Source: Alphaproteobacteria bacterium
GTDB taxonomy: Bacteria > Pseudomonadota > Alphaproteobacteria > UBA828
Length of the DNA stretch: 64,000 bases
Assembly: GCA_965214705.1 (NCBI GenBank)
Contig: OZ243972.1
Coordinates: 3,936,001 to 4,000,000, forward strand
Direction: 5' to 3'
This document shows, in pieces, positions 31,013 through 41,662 of the stretch. The notes beneath the pieces were generated by a model. The model was not told the DNA's origin. It saw only the letters and a program-made list of their open reading frames with translations, and searched no databases. The translations under genes and the position numbers were made by a program. Each line of letters begins with the position of its first letter. Positions within the stretch are counted from its first letter, which is position 1.

Positions 31013-31855
31013 CTAGGTGTTGAAGACCGGGCGCGCATCCAGCGCCTCGAGAAGCCTTTGGTGCTCGTTCGGCAGCATCGAGACCGAGGTCGCGGCGTCG
31101 GGATAGGCGCCGGTTATGACTGCGTGCCGGTATTCGCTCAGGGCTCGCCGCCGTTCGACAGCGAGGTGCGCACGGATCGAATTGAGGTCGGCGAAGGCCT
31201 TGGCGTGACCCGGGGGACGGTCAGACTCCCCGCAGATGTCGACCAGGAACATGAAGATGACGTCGCCGGCGGACCCGGCGCCGATGGAATGCGTGACCAA
31301 CTTCGTCAGCGGATTGATCGCCGCGAGCGCCTCGGCCGCCACGCACTCGACCTCGGCGGCGTAGGCGCCGGCGTCCTCGAGGCGGCGGAAATCCTCTGCC
31401 AGCTCGACGGCTTCCTCCGCCGTCTTGCCGATGATCCGCAAGCCCCCGCGCCGGGTCGAGAGCCTCGGCACCAGGCCGAGATGGCCCTGAACGGCAAGCC
31501 CCTCCTTGGCCAGCATCTCGACCATGCGCAGGCTGCGCGGCGTGTAGACTGCGTCCGCGCCGATCTCCGCCGCCCTGACGGCAGCGCGCATGATGTCGTC
31601 GGGCGTCTGGTGTGCCGTCATCGGGAGATCGGCGATGATGAAGGTCTCGGGCGCGCCGGCTCGGACCGCGGGAAGGTCCGCGTCCGACGTGTTCAGCACG
31701 TCGATGCCGACCGCTTCGCAGGCCGCTGCTTCCTCCTCCGTCGCCGGGCAGGTCTGGCAAAGCCTGACAGTGCCCTTGAGCGCGATCAGATCGGCCACGG
31801 TGAAGTTGCGCCGAGCCGGCCTGCCGCCATAGGTGTAGATGCGCTTGCGCGTCAC
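31013..31855 (-). CDS. PanB-like (ketopantoate hydroxymethyltransferase family) protein
   Basis: IADLP, GHLGLVP, LEDAGA..EVECV, SIGAG; GTGA-coupled to upstream gene. Confidence 0.85.
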   Translation of the reverse strand: MTRKRIYTYGGRPARRNFTVADLIALKGTVRLCQTCPATEEEAAACEAVGIDVLNTSDADLPAVRAGAPETFIIADLPMTAHQTPDDIMRAAVRAAEIGADAVYTPRSLRMVEMLAKEGLAVQGHLGLVPRLSTRRGGLRIIGKTAEEAVELAEDFRRLEDAGAYAAEVECVAAEALAAINPLTKLVTHSIGAGSAGDVIFMFLVDICGESDRPPGHAKAFADLNSIRAHLAVERRRALSEYRHAVITGAYPDAATSVSMLPNEHQRLLEALDARPVFNT

Positions 31856-32898
31856 TGCATCGTCGCCTTCGAGATCGTCGTGCAGGCCCCGCCGGCGCTC
31901 ACCATGTGCGGGGCCTGGCGGATCCATGCGGCCTTGGTGCTGCGCCCGAGCGAACGCCAAATCACGACCCAGAGCAGATCGAGGTTGGTGGCCCAAAAAC
32001 CCGGATCAGGCTCCGGCGTTCGGTCGGCCACGGCCACGTGAAGCTTGGGGAGGGAGTAGAACGGCACCTGCGGGTAGAGGTGGTGTTCCACGTGGTTGTT
32101 CATGTTGAGATAGAGGAAGCGCCCCACCCAGTTCGTCCGGAACGTCCGCGTGCTGTCTACGATTGAGGGCGAGTTCTCCTGCATCTCGGCGTGCTGGATG
32201 ATGTTGAACATCAGCATGATCGGGCCGCCGATGAGCCGCGGCAGCACGTAGAACCAGAGCAGCGGCCAGCCGTAGCCGGAGGCGATCAGGGCGATGACGC
32301 CGAGGTAGATGAGGCAGAAGAGACGCGCGTTGCGGGTCATCTTCGGCAGTTCCGTCTCAGGCGACACCTCCCGCATGAGCGGCGTGTATCGCTTGGTCGC
32401 GAGCTGCCAGAGCACCCGGAACTGGAACCTGTGAATCGACAGCCCGCTGATGTCGTAGAGCCAGCCCTTGAAGGTGAGCGGCGTGTCGAAGGGCATCTGG
32501 CTGTCGAGACCCACGTACCAGGTGTACGTGTGGTGATTGGTGTGGGTGTAGCGCCGGTGCAGCGGCTCCTCGCCGTAGAGCAGCGACGTGAACCAGAAGA
32601 CGGTCTCGTTGAGCCAGCGCGTGCGAAAAGCGGTTCCGTGCGCCGTCTCGTGGCTGAGCGCGTAGGACGGCACCGACATGACGACGCCGAAGACGAAGAC
32701 CGCCGCCCACACGTACGCGCTACCCAAGGCGACCCAGAGCGCTGCGCCGGTCAGCGCCAGCGCCAGCACCCAGAAAGCCAGATAGGTGAGGCCCGGCCTG
32801 TCGCTGCGGCGGGCGAGCGACTTCAACTGCGCGCGGTCGATCCTGATGCCGGTGGAGGCGGCATTGGTGACGACGGCGATTTCGGTCAGCGCGTTCAT
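31852..32898 (-). CDS. Membrane di-iron desaturase/oxygenase (MocD-like)
   Basis: His boxes HETAH, HRRYTHTNHH, QH, NNHVEHH; RSDRPG N-terminal motif. Confidence 0.88.
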   Translation of the reverse strand: MNALTEIAVVTNAASTGIRIDRAQLKSLARRSDRPGLTYLAFWVLALALTGAALWVALGSAYVWAAVFVFGVVMSVPSYALSHETAHGTAFRTRWLNETVFWFTSLLYGEEPLHRRYTHTNHHTYTWYVGLDSQMPFDTPLTFKGWLYDISGLSIHRFQFRVLWQLATKRYTPLMREVSPETELPKMTRNARLFCLIYLGVIALIASGYGWPLLWFYVLPRLIGGPIMLMFNIIQHAEMQENSPSIVDSTRTFRTNWVGRFLYLNMNNHVEHHLYPQVPFYSLPKLHVAVADRTPEPDPGFWATNLDLLWVVIWRSLGRSTKAAWIRQAPHMVSAGGACTTISKATMQ

Positions 32899-33054
32899 GA
32901 CCTAGGGAACCTCTGATTTATCAGGGGTTCCCGTGGCACAGGGATGTGCCACCATTTTCGGTGGCTGTAAGTCACTGAAAATGTGAGCAAAGCGGAAAGC
33001 GCGCTTCCGCCTTGCGCGTCTGAGAAATGCAGGAGGCACTTATTCAGACCTTCC

Positions 33055-34710
33055 CTAGCGCGGCATCACCGCGCCTTCGGAGGCGGGCGCCACATGCTCG
33101 GCGTAGTGCTTCAAGTATCCGCGCGTGACGGGGATTGGCCTCGGCATGTGATTGCGCTGGCGCTGCACGAGCACGTCCGGGGTCACCTCCAGGTCGAGCC
33201 TGCGCCCCGGCAGGTCGATACTGATGAGATCGCCGTCTTCCACGAGCGCGATCGGCCCGCCGCGGGCGGCCTCCGGGGTGACGTAGCCGATGGCTGGGCC
33301 GTGCGTGGCGCCGGAGAAGCGCCCGTCGGTGACGAGCGCGCAGCTATTGCCGAGGCCGGCCCCCATCAGCGCGGAGGTGGCGCCCAGCATCTCGCGCATG
33401 CCGGGACCGCCCCGCGTGCCCTCGTTGCGGATCACGACGCAGGTGCCGGGCGAGATTTCATTGTGGCGGAGTGCGCCGATTGCGCCCTCTTCGTCCTCGA
33501 AGACGCGAGCCGGTAGCACGGCCTGCCACATGTCGCGGCTGACACCAGAGGCCTTCACGACCGCGCCGCCGGGCGCAAGGCTGCCCTTGAGGATGTAGAT
33601 CGACCCGTCAGCCTCGATGGGATTGCGTCTCCCTCGAATGCACTCAGGGTTTTGGATTTCCGCTTGGGCGATCAGCTCCCCGGTCGTCTTTCCGCTCACG
33701 GTGGACGTATCCGGGTGGATAAGAGCGCCCAGCGCCTTCATGACTGCGGGCGTGCCGCCCGCCTCGCCGAGCTCCGTCACGCCCCACGGGCCAGACGGCG
33801 CGAGCTTGACCAGGGTCGGCGTCTCGCGGCTGAGGCGGTCCCAGGTGTCGAAGCTCACCTCGACGCCGGCTTCCTTTGCCATCGCGATCATGTGGAGGAC
33901 CATGTTGGTGGAGCCGCCGACCGCCAGTCCGACACGCATGGCGTTTTCGAACGCGTCCCGCGTCAGAATCTTCGATGGACGCAGGCCTTCGCGCACCAGG
34001 TCCATGATCCGCATCCCGGTGTATTTCGCCGCGCGAAGCTGGTAGTTGCTTCCCGCTGGACAAATGCCCGAATGGGGTAGTGAGAGACCTAGCGCTTCCG
34101 TATAGATACCGGCGGTATTGCCGGACGTCGCTGTGTCGCAAGCGCCGGAAAATGGGAAGTGATTGTCTTCCAGGCCCTTTAATTCTTCTTTGGTAATCTT
34201 TCCGAGAAGGTGCTCGCCGACACCATCATAAACCGTCTCCAGAAATACTTTTTTGTTCTTGTAAGTGCCGGCTTTAGTGGGGCCGCCGTAAAGCACGATG
34301 GCAGGTATGTCGATGCGTGCAGTCGCCATGACCATTCCCGGCATAACCTTGTCGCCCGAGCCGATCAGCACCATGGCGTCAAAGCGATGGCCTTCGACCA
34401 TGAGCTCGATCATGTCGGCCACAAGGTCCCGGCTCGGCAGCACATAGCGCATGCCGACCGAGGCAAAGGTCTCGCTATCGGTAACGTGGAAGGTGTTGAA
34501 TTCGCACGGCGTTCCGCCTGCCATGCGAATTCCCGCCTTGACCGCCTCGCCGACTTGCCGGAGGTGAATGTTCTCTGGCGAAAACTCCTGATAAGTGTTG
34601 ACGACTGCGATCATGGGCTGCTCGAACTCCTCGTCGATCAGCCCTGCTCCCTTCGCCCAAGCACGCTGTAGTGAGCGCTCGATCCCGAGATATTGTTCGT
34701 CGCTACGCAC
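33055..34710 (-). CDS. IlvD/Edd family dehydratase
   Basis: [35 protein letters not shown]. Confidence 0.93.
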   Translation of the reverse strand: MRSDEQYLGIERSLQRAWAKGAGLIDEEFEQPMIAVVNTYQEFSPENIHLRQVGEAVKAGIRMAGGTPCEFNTFHVTDSETFASVGMRYVLPSRDLVADMIELMVEGHRFDAMVLIGSGDKVMPGMVMATARIDIPAIVLYGGPTKAGTYKNKKVFLETVYDGVGEHLLGKITKEELKGLEDNHFPFSGACDTATSGNTAGIYTEALGLSLPHSGICPAGSNYQLRAAKYTGMRIMDLVREGLRPSKILTRDAFENAMRVGLAVGGSTNMVLHMIAMAKEAGVEVSFDTWDRLSRETPTLVKLAPSGPWGVTELGEAGGTPAVMKALGALIHPDTSTVSGKTTGELIAQAEIQNPECIRGRRNPIEADGSIYILKGSLAPGGAVVKASGVSRDMWQAVLPARVFEDEEGAIGALRHNEISPGTCVVIRNEGTRGGPGMREMLGATSALMGAGLGNSCALVTDGRFSGATHGPAIGYVTPEAARGGPIALVEDGDLISIDLPGRRLDLEVTPDVLVQRQRNHMPRPIPVTRGYLKHYAEHVAPASEGAVMPR

Positions 34711-36267
34711 GGTTGCTTTCTCTTTGTGTCGCGGCCTGCAAGGCGATTGAACACTCAGCCTGCGCCTCGATTAATTTCTTGCCGATAAAACCTACCGCCC
34801 CACCTGAAGCGCACCTACATACAGTTGAGAAACGTTTTGGGCGCAGACGGCTGCATACAGTTGGGAATTTTTGTGGGTACAGAGAATGCGGATGCCGAGA
34901 CGCGCTTGATGGCACCGTCGTGCCTGCGCTACCCCTGCCTTGTTCGGCTGCCGCTCCACGGAGCACGGAGCTGACGACGATGTACGAGAACATGATCGTG
35001 ATTGACCGCGGGGCACCGGAGAGCCTGCAGAAGCAAATCCGGCGTCAGATCGCGATCGGCATCGTCAACCGGCAATACCCGCTGCACCGACCGCTCCCGT
35101 CCATACGCCAGCTGTCCGCAGACCTCGGCGTGAGCGTGACGACTGTGACCCTGGCCTACGAGGCGCTGAAGCAGGACGGGTTCGTCGAGGCCAGGAACCG
35201 CTCAGGGTATTACGTCAACCAGGACGTGCTCACCGAACCGGGGCACGCCCTCAAGCCCGATGTGCCGGCCGACCTCGCCGCGCCACTGGCGACGCTGGAC
35301 TACGGGGCATTCTTCAGGGACCGAAGCTTCAACCTTCAACGCGTCGTGAAGCCTTCGGATGTTCTGGTCAGATATCGCTATCCATTCGTCTGCGGTCTGA
35401 CTGACCCGTCGCTCTTCCCCATTACGAGCTGGCGCGAGTGCGTGCGCGATTCCGTCAATGTCATCGAGCTCGCCAATTGGGCGACCGACTACTCCGCAAT
35501 CGACGATGACATGTTGATCGAGCAGCTGATCCAACGCGTGCTCGCCAAGCGCGGTATCGTCGCTCATCCCGACGAGGTCCTGGTCACGGTTGGCGGCCAG
35601 CAGGCGCTCTACATCGCGATCAAGCTACTCCTGAAACCCGGTGAAATCATCGGCGTCGAGGATCCCGGTTATCCGGATGTCATCAACATGGCGGAAATTG
35701 AAGGAATCTCGGTAAGGCGACTTCCCATCGACCAAAAGGGACTCGTTCTCTCCAGCAATATTTCTGGCTGCAAATGCCTGTTCGTGACGCCGAGTCACCA
35801 GTTTCCGACAACTGTCACCATGCCCCTCGACCGTAAGGTGGAGTTGCTTGCTGTCACGAAGAGAAACGGCCAGTTCGTCATCGAGGACGATTACGAATCC
35901 GACATTAGCTTCAACAAGACTCCCCCGCGTGCTCTCAAGAGCCTCGATGCCTGGGGCAAGGTTAAGGGTTGGGCAGGCTCTCTCTCGAGAGCCTGCCCAA
36001 CCCTTTTGAACGAAGCCGCGGGCCACGAGAGGCGAAGTTGAGCTATGTGGAAAGTGCGCTGATGTCAGCGTCAGGCGGCATCCACCGGCAGCAGAGTTGC
36101 GCATAAAATCGACGCTCGCGCCGGTCTTTCGGCAGGCATGCGGGCGCACGCTGCGAGGACTGAGCGGGGTGTGAGCCGAGGGCTGTCAGCCCGGCTCAAG
36201 CGGAGACAGGTTCGGTCGTGCGTCGGCGCTTTGGCGCCGTTGCGCGGGGCCGAAGCGAGCGGCCGTC

Positions 36268-37509
36268 TCACGGTTTCCCCCTGTGGGTCGGCGGCAGCGC
36301 CGGCGGGCCGCGCGTCGAGCGGGGCTCATGGCGGCGGCGGATTTCGCGGACGAGGCGCATGACGCCGCCGCAGTGGGGGCAGGCCACGGGCGCGGTGCCG
36401 ATCTCGGGCTCTTCGTCGGGCTCGGCCCGAGCGCCGTCCACGCTTCCCTCGGGGGCGGCGCAGCCGAGGGCGCCGAGAGCCTGGCGTGCTCTCTCCAGCG
36501 TGCTGGCGCGGCAGCCGTTGGCGAGGATGCCGAAGTAGCGAATGCGGTGCATGCCGTCCGGCAGGACGTGCCTCAGGAAGCGGCGGATGAACTCGTCGGC
36601 GCTCACGGTGGCGATGCCGTAGCGCGGCTTTCTCTGCCCCGGCGCCTTGGGCTTTCGGTGGCGGAAGGAGACCGTCTCGCCGTCGAAGGAGACGATGCGG
36701 CTGTCGGAGATGGCGATCCTGTGCGTGTAGTGCGACAGGTACCGGAAGACCTGCTCAGGCCCGCGGAAGGGCCGCTTGGCGTAGACCACCCAGTCCCTGG
36801 CCCGGGCGGCGGCAAGCGTGGCGTGGAACTCGCCGGGATTGGCGAGGTGGGCGAGGGTGCCGTGGAACTCCAGGTCCCCCCGGCCGTGGGCGCGGGCGAG
36901 CTCCTCGAGGAAGAGGCGGCGGAACAGGCTGCCGAGGACCTTGACGGGGGCGAGGAAGGTGGTGCTCCCCGTCTTCCACTCGCCACTGTCTACGTCGAAG
37001 CCCGCGTTGGGCACGACCACGTGCAGGTGCGGGTGGAAGCGGAGCTTCTGATCCCAGGTATGGAGGACCGCGGTGCCGCCGATGCGCATGCCGCCGTGGC
37101 GGGGATCGGCGGCGATGGTGCGCAGGGTCTCGGCGACGGCCCGGAAGAGGATGTCGAACACCACCCTGCGGTTGCAGAAGGCAATGGCGGCAACCTCCTT
37201 GGGCAGGGTGAAGACCACATGGAAGTAGGGCACCGGCAGGATGTCCCCGGCGCGCTCCTCGCTCCAGAGGTTGGCGGCGAGACCCTGGCAGGTGGGGCAG
37301 TGGCGGTTGCGGCAGGAGTTGAAGAGCGGATGCTCGCGCCCGCAGCCCTCGCAGGCGTACATGTGGCCGCCGAGCACGGCGGTGCGGCACGCCTCGATGG
37401 CGCCCATGACCTTGAGCCGGGCGGCGTCGATGCGCCCTTTGTGGCGCTCACGGAAAGCGGCGCCGGCGCGGCGGAAGATCTCCGCCACGCCCGCGCGTTC
37501 GGCCTCCAC
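36268..37509 (-). CDS. IS91-family HUH (Y2) transposase
   Basis: Zn motif C..C..NSCRNRHCPTC, HVVFTLP, HPHLH, YLSHY. Confidence 0.95.
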   Translation of the reverse strand: MEAERAGVAEIFRRAGAAFRERHKGRIDAARLKVMGAIEACRTAVLGGHMYACEGCGREHPLFNSCRNRHCPTCQGLAANLWSEERAGDILPVPYFHVVFTLPKEVAAIAFCNRRVVFDILFRAVAETLRTIAADPRHGGMRIGGTAVLHTWDQKLRFHPHLHVVVPNAGFDVDSGEWKTGSTTFLAPVKVLGSLFRRLFLEELARAHGRGDLEFHGTLAHLANPGEFHATLAAARARDWVVYAKRPFRGPEQVFRYLSHYTHRIAISDSRIVSFDGETVSFRHRKPKAPGQRKPRYGIATVSADEFIRRFLRHVLPDGMHRIRYFGILANGCRASTLERARQALGALGCAAPEGSVDGARAEPDEEPEIGTAPVACPHCGGVMRLVREIRRRHEPRSTRGPPALPPTHRGKP

Positions 37510-37515
37510 GCGCCG

Positions 37516-38394
37516 TCAGTTGCGCAACGCTGCGAAGCCTGAGATCGGGTGGTCGAGGCCCTCGAACATCTTGCCGGTGACGCGGGCGTAGTGACGGGTC
37601 GTGTTCGCGCTTCGATGGCCGAGCATGTCCCGGATCACCTCGATATCGCCGCCGCGCTCGAGGAGATGGGTCGCCGCCGAATGGCGCAGGCAATGGAAGG
37701 TGTAGCTGCGGTCGAGCTCGGCAATGTCGCGCGCCCTCCTGAAGGCGGCCTGCAAGGTCTCCGTTGCGATGGGCCTGTCGAGCGAGACGCCGTAGAAGAG
37801 CCAGTTCGTCGGACGCGGCCAGATGTTCCTGTAGTAGACGCGCAAGTAGTGGATGACGATGTCCGGCAACGGTGCCATTCTCTCGGTGCCGCCTTTGCCG
37901 GAGGGGATGTGCAGCAGCTTCTTCTCCGACAGGATGTCGCCGACCTTGATGGCCAAGGTCTCGGAGATGCGGAGCCCGCCGCCATAGCCGGTGACAATGG
38001 CAGCACGGTGGCGGAGGTCGGGTGTCGCAAGGATGAGGTGCTCGACCTCCTGCTCCGACATGTAGCGCGGCAGCTTGCCGGGCTTCTTGCGGGAGCGCAG
38101 GCCGGCGACATGGTCAGGCCAGCCGAGTGTGTCGATGTAGAGGAAGTTCAGCGCGGCGAAGGAGACGTTGGTCGTGCCCGGACTGAGCCCCTTGTCGATC
38201 CGCCCCAGGTACCACTGGCGCACCTGCTCGGCGTCGAGCTCGTCCGGCGAGGCGTCGTAGTACCTGGCCAGGTTCTTGATCTCGCAGATGTAGGCCTTGG
38301 ACGTGCTCGCGGCCAGATTGGCGATGCGGAGCTGCTCCTCCATGCGCTGGCGAAGAGGGGTGACGGTGTTCGTGTCGCACGCGGTCCCGGTCAT
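37516..38394 (-). CDS. Tyrosine recombinase/integrase
   Basis: GLRISE, GKGG, HCLRHS, LGH, TRHY catalytic residues. Confidence 0.93.
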   Translation of the reverse strand: MTGTACDTNTVTPLRQRMEEQLRIANLAASTSKAYICEIKNLARYYDASPDELDAEQVRQWYLGRIDKGLSPGTTNVSFAALNFLYIDTLGWPDHVAGLRSRKKPGKLPRYMSEQEVEHLILATPDLRHRAAIVTGYGGGLRISETLAIKVGDILSEKKLLHIPSGKGGTERMAPLPDIVIHYLRVYYRNIWPRPTNWLFYGVSLDRPIATETLQAAFRRARDIAELDRSYTFHCLRHSAATHLLERGGDIEVIRDMLGHRSANTTRHYARVTGKMFEGLDHPISGFAALRN

Positions 38395-39201
38395 TATCGA
38401 TCTCCCTGGATCGCGACGGCGCGCCGCCGGACCGATCCGGCGACGGTCCGTCGCAGGGGTCGATGCTAACCACTGGTGATCGGGAGGCTGCTGGGGATCC
38501 GCCACCCGACGGGCGGAGCGCCACTGACGCAACCGGGAAGCGAACGCACAGAACAAACGGCACCCGCGACGCCTCGGAAATGAATGAACTCTACGCCGCT
38601 AACTCCGCGTAGCGGCTTCGTTCAATGTCATCTACACGGGAAGCCTCTCGAAATCCCTATTGCCCGGGCTGCGCATCGGCTACTTGGTTGCGGATCGAGA
38701 GTTCGTCAGAGAAGCGCGGGCGATGCGGCACCATATCCTGCGACACCCGCCGGTCAACAATCAGAGAAGCGTCGCGCTGTTCCTGCAACGAGGCTATTTC
38801 GACCGCTTCGTTGCCAAAATTACGGGCATCTACAAGGAGCGCTGCACCGTGATGCACGAAGCGTTGGAAAGGCACTTTCCGGGGGCGTCTACCAAGGCGG
38901 AATATGGAGGAGGCAGCATCTGGCTCAGGCTGCCGGATGGGGCGGATGCCGGCATTCTCCGCAAAATGGTAGACGCGGAAGGCGTGTTCTTTGAGACAGG
39001 TGGGTTCACGTTTTCCGACGAGAGAAACAACAGAAATCACATCCGTTTGGGGTATTCGGTGATCGAGAAATCGCTCATTGCGGAAGGCATCGACAAGATT
39101 GCCGAAGCGGTGCCCAACGCGCGGGATTCGAAATCCGGCACGAGTCAGTCAGCTGGACCGAGCCAGTTCGCTTTAACATCATCGCAATTGACCAGGAGGA
39201 A

Positions 39202-39984
39202 GTGATCATGAGGACTGTAAGCGCTGTCCCCCTTGCTCCATCGATCGCCGAGGAGTCGGACATCGGCCCAGTTCCGGCCGCTCGTCGCCAGGGCCGTGGT
39301 CCCGCCGTCTGGCTCGCCGGCGACCCTGACGACCTCAAGGAGTGGATGCCCCTCGGCATCGCTGGAATTGTCACGAACACGGTCGTGCACAATCAGTACG
39401 CGAAGGCCCACGGCGGCGCCGTCGACGTGATCAAGAAGTACCTCGACCTCACGGACAAGCCCATCGTCGTCGAGATCGACGGACATTCGCTCGACGAGCT
39501 TCTGGAGGTCGGCAAGACGTTCACCGATCTCTCCGACCAGATCGTCCTGAAAATCCCGTGCTCGGTGAACGCGCTGAAGGCCTTCGCCGCATTGCGGGAA
39601 GAGGGCGTGGAGACCTGCTGCACCACGGTCTTCTCCCTACCCCAGGCCGTCGCCGTGGCCCAGGCCGGAGTCGATCACATCCTCCCCTTCTGCGAGCCGG
39701 TCAAAGAAGCGGGCGGCGACCCGACGAAGCTGATTCGCGAATGCGCCCAGGTGTTCGGCGGCTGGGAGCAGCGCCCCTTCATCATGGCCGCCCTCGTCCG
39801 CACGGTGGAGACGGCTTACGCCGCCTTGCGCGACGGTGCCGACGAGCTCGTCACCATGTGGACGGTCTACCGCGACATGATGGACCACCCGATGACCGCG
39901 CAGTGGAACGAGGTCTTCATGGACGCCTGGCAAGACATGGATCGAAACGGCTTGCTGGAAGGCGTGCCCGTCCGGCGGGAATAG
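39202..39984 (+). CDS. Transaldolase/fructose-6-phosphate aldolase family protein (divergent)
   Basis: GIVTN, VLKIP Schiff-base lysine, TTVFSLPQA, HPMT. Confidence 0.8.
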   Translation: MIMRTVSAVPLAPSIAEESDIGPVPAARRQGRGPAVWLAGDPDDLKEWMPLGIAGIVTNTVVHNQYAKAHGGAVDVIKKYLDLTDKPIVVEIDGHSLDELLEVGKTFTDLSDQIVLKIPCSVNALKAFAALREEGVETCCTTVFSLPQAVAVAQAGVDHILPFCEPVKEAGGDPTKLIRECAQVFGGWEQRPFIMAALVRTVETAYAALRDGADELVTMWTVYRDMMDHPMTAQWNEVFMDAWQDMDRNGLLEGVPVRRE

Positions 39985-40189
39985 CCTACAGTTGTGGTTA
40001 GGCATCGAACTCTGCCCTCCCCCAGAGTCAAGCCTTCTTGATTGGCTACAGTACCGAACGGCGTCCGACTTCCGCGCTGAACAGCGAACATGGTCTTGCT
40101 GACACCCTTCAACTAACATCCAGACCGAGCCATCCCATGCAGGCCAGTCGCATCGGCGTGCGGCCCGACGAGGAACGAAAGGCCAGACC

Positions 40190-40636
40190 ATGAAGCAGAT
40201 CAGTTACGTCATCCAATTTCGCGGAACTGCCGGCCCCAAGGAGGGCGTGGAAGGTGTCTTGAGCGCCTCGACGACCGGGTCAGCGTCGAGGATTTCCACG
40301 GCCGTGGACGACAGCGCGGTCGACGCCACCATCGAGGCCATCGCGGGTAACAGCGTGAGCTTCGAATCGGACGTCTTCCCGAACGAGGACGGAAGCTTCA
40401 CGGAATCGGGTACGATCGACTTCGGCGGAGGCAACAGCTTCACCTTCAGCACGCGCGGAACGGGGGCCATGGGGCCGAGCGCGGATTCGAACCTGACGCA
40501 CGGCGGGATCTGCTGGCAGGTCGATTCCGGCACCGGCATCTTCGAAGGCGCGACCGGGATCATCACCTCCAATTTCACGGTAAGCGGCGGTGGCGATGTG
40601 GTCGACAACCAGTGGGGCGTGATCTTCTTGAAGTAG
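40190..40636 (+). CDS. Hypothetical protein (beta-rich)
   Basis: Clean GC3-rich ORF with AAAGG upstream; GTGIFEGATG motif. Confidence 0.75.
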   Translation: MKQISYVIQFRGTAGPKEGVEGVLSASTTGSASRISTAVDDSAVDATIEAIAGNSVSFESDVFPNEDGSFTESGTIDFGGGNSFTFSTRGTGAMGPSADSNLTHGGICWQVDSGTGIFEGATGIITSNFTVSGGGDVVDNQWGVIFLK

Positions 40637-40812
40637 TGTCGAACCCGCCGGCGAGCGACAGCCGAACGGATTGAGGCAGACTGGCCGCACTGGACCGAGG
40701 CGGTCGGACAGACGTTCCGAGGGTACAAGGGCGGTCCGCGATGGGCGAGGACCCAGCTCGCGGAAGCTGCCCCTCGACTACGGCCGGCCGAATAAACTGT
40801 CGCTGATTTAGT

Positions 40813-40857
40813 TGGCGCGCCCGGCAGGACTCGAACCTACGACCCCTTAATTAGGAA
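40813..40857 (-). other. 3' half of tRNA-Arg(CCT): att-site remnant
   Basis: TTCCTAA anticodon loop, GGTTCGAGTCC, GGGCGCGCCA end; 5' half absent; adjacent to integrase. Confidence 0.8.
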
Positions 40858-41022
40858 TAAGTCCCAAGAGTGTTGCAAGCAATTGCCGTCGTTTGCAGAG
40901 AGTCTATCAACCGTCTGTAAAACATCGCTTATTTCCACCCTAACGTTGTGCTTGCGTGCGCAGAGCAGAATTGCATTTGTATGCTGTCTGGGTGGTGACA
41001 CTACGGTGACACGAGCGGTGGC

Positions 41023-41662
41023 ATGAGCCTTACAGAGCGTGTCGTTCGAGACGCCAAACCGGACGGCAAGGCTAGGACGATCTGGGACAAGCAGGTGATG
41101 GGCCTGGGCCTCCAGATCACGCCGAAAGGCGTCAAGAATTACGTGATCCGCTATCGCGTGGGGGACCGGAAGAGACAGGCGATCCTCGCCCGCGCCGGCC
41201 AAATTTCATTGAAGGATGCTCGCGAGCGGGCCGGCACCGAGCTGGTCCGCATTCGCGCCGGCGAAGTCGACCCGTTGCAGCGGCGTCGCGTTGCACGCGT
41301 AGCGCCGACGATGGCCGAGTTCATCGACCAGTTCTTTGCAGTCGAAGTGCCGGCCCGGATCGCCCGCGGGCGCATGAAGCCGATCACGGCGGAGACATAT
41401 GGCTACCAGTCCCGCACGCACGTCCTCCCCGTGATCGGCACGCGCCGCGTCGCCGACGTGACGCGCGCTGACATAGAGCGGATGGTCGCACCGCTTCCCG
41501 GCCCGTCGCGCAACCGCGTCTTAGCTCTCGCGTCGAGGCTGTTCACGCTCGCCGAGACATGGGAACTGCGGGCGCCCGGCTCCAATCCGGCTCGCAAGAT
41601 CGAGCGCGCCCGCGAGGAAGCCCGCGACCGCGTGCTGTCTCCGTCCGAACTGTCAGCGCTAG
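41023..41662 (+). pseudogene. P4-like integrase, N-terminal part (arm-binding domain), truncated by IS1380
   Basis: WDKQVMGLGLQITPKGVKNY arm domain, NPA..RDRVLS; catalytic domain missing. Confidence 0.85.

Larger units (their letters stand above)
35960..38625 (-). mobile_element. IS91-like element carrying a tyrosine recombinase
   Basis: Precise insertion with CAA at both junctions; 14-bp IR TTGAACGAAGCCGC; terminal hairpin. Confidence 0.9.
34980..39205 (+). pseudogene. MocR/GabR PLP-dependent GntR regulator split by a mobile element
   Basis: LPSIRQL HTH, TPSHQFP, IEDDY...DAWG (to 35959) rejoins NVIYTGSLSKSLLPGLRIGY (from 38626). Confidence 0.92.

Noticed and set aside
34671-36041. 456-aa ORF as a complete regulator
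   Set aside because: N-terminal extension is spurious and the C-terminus reads into the inserted element; the real gene is split.
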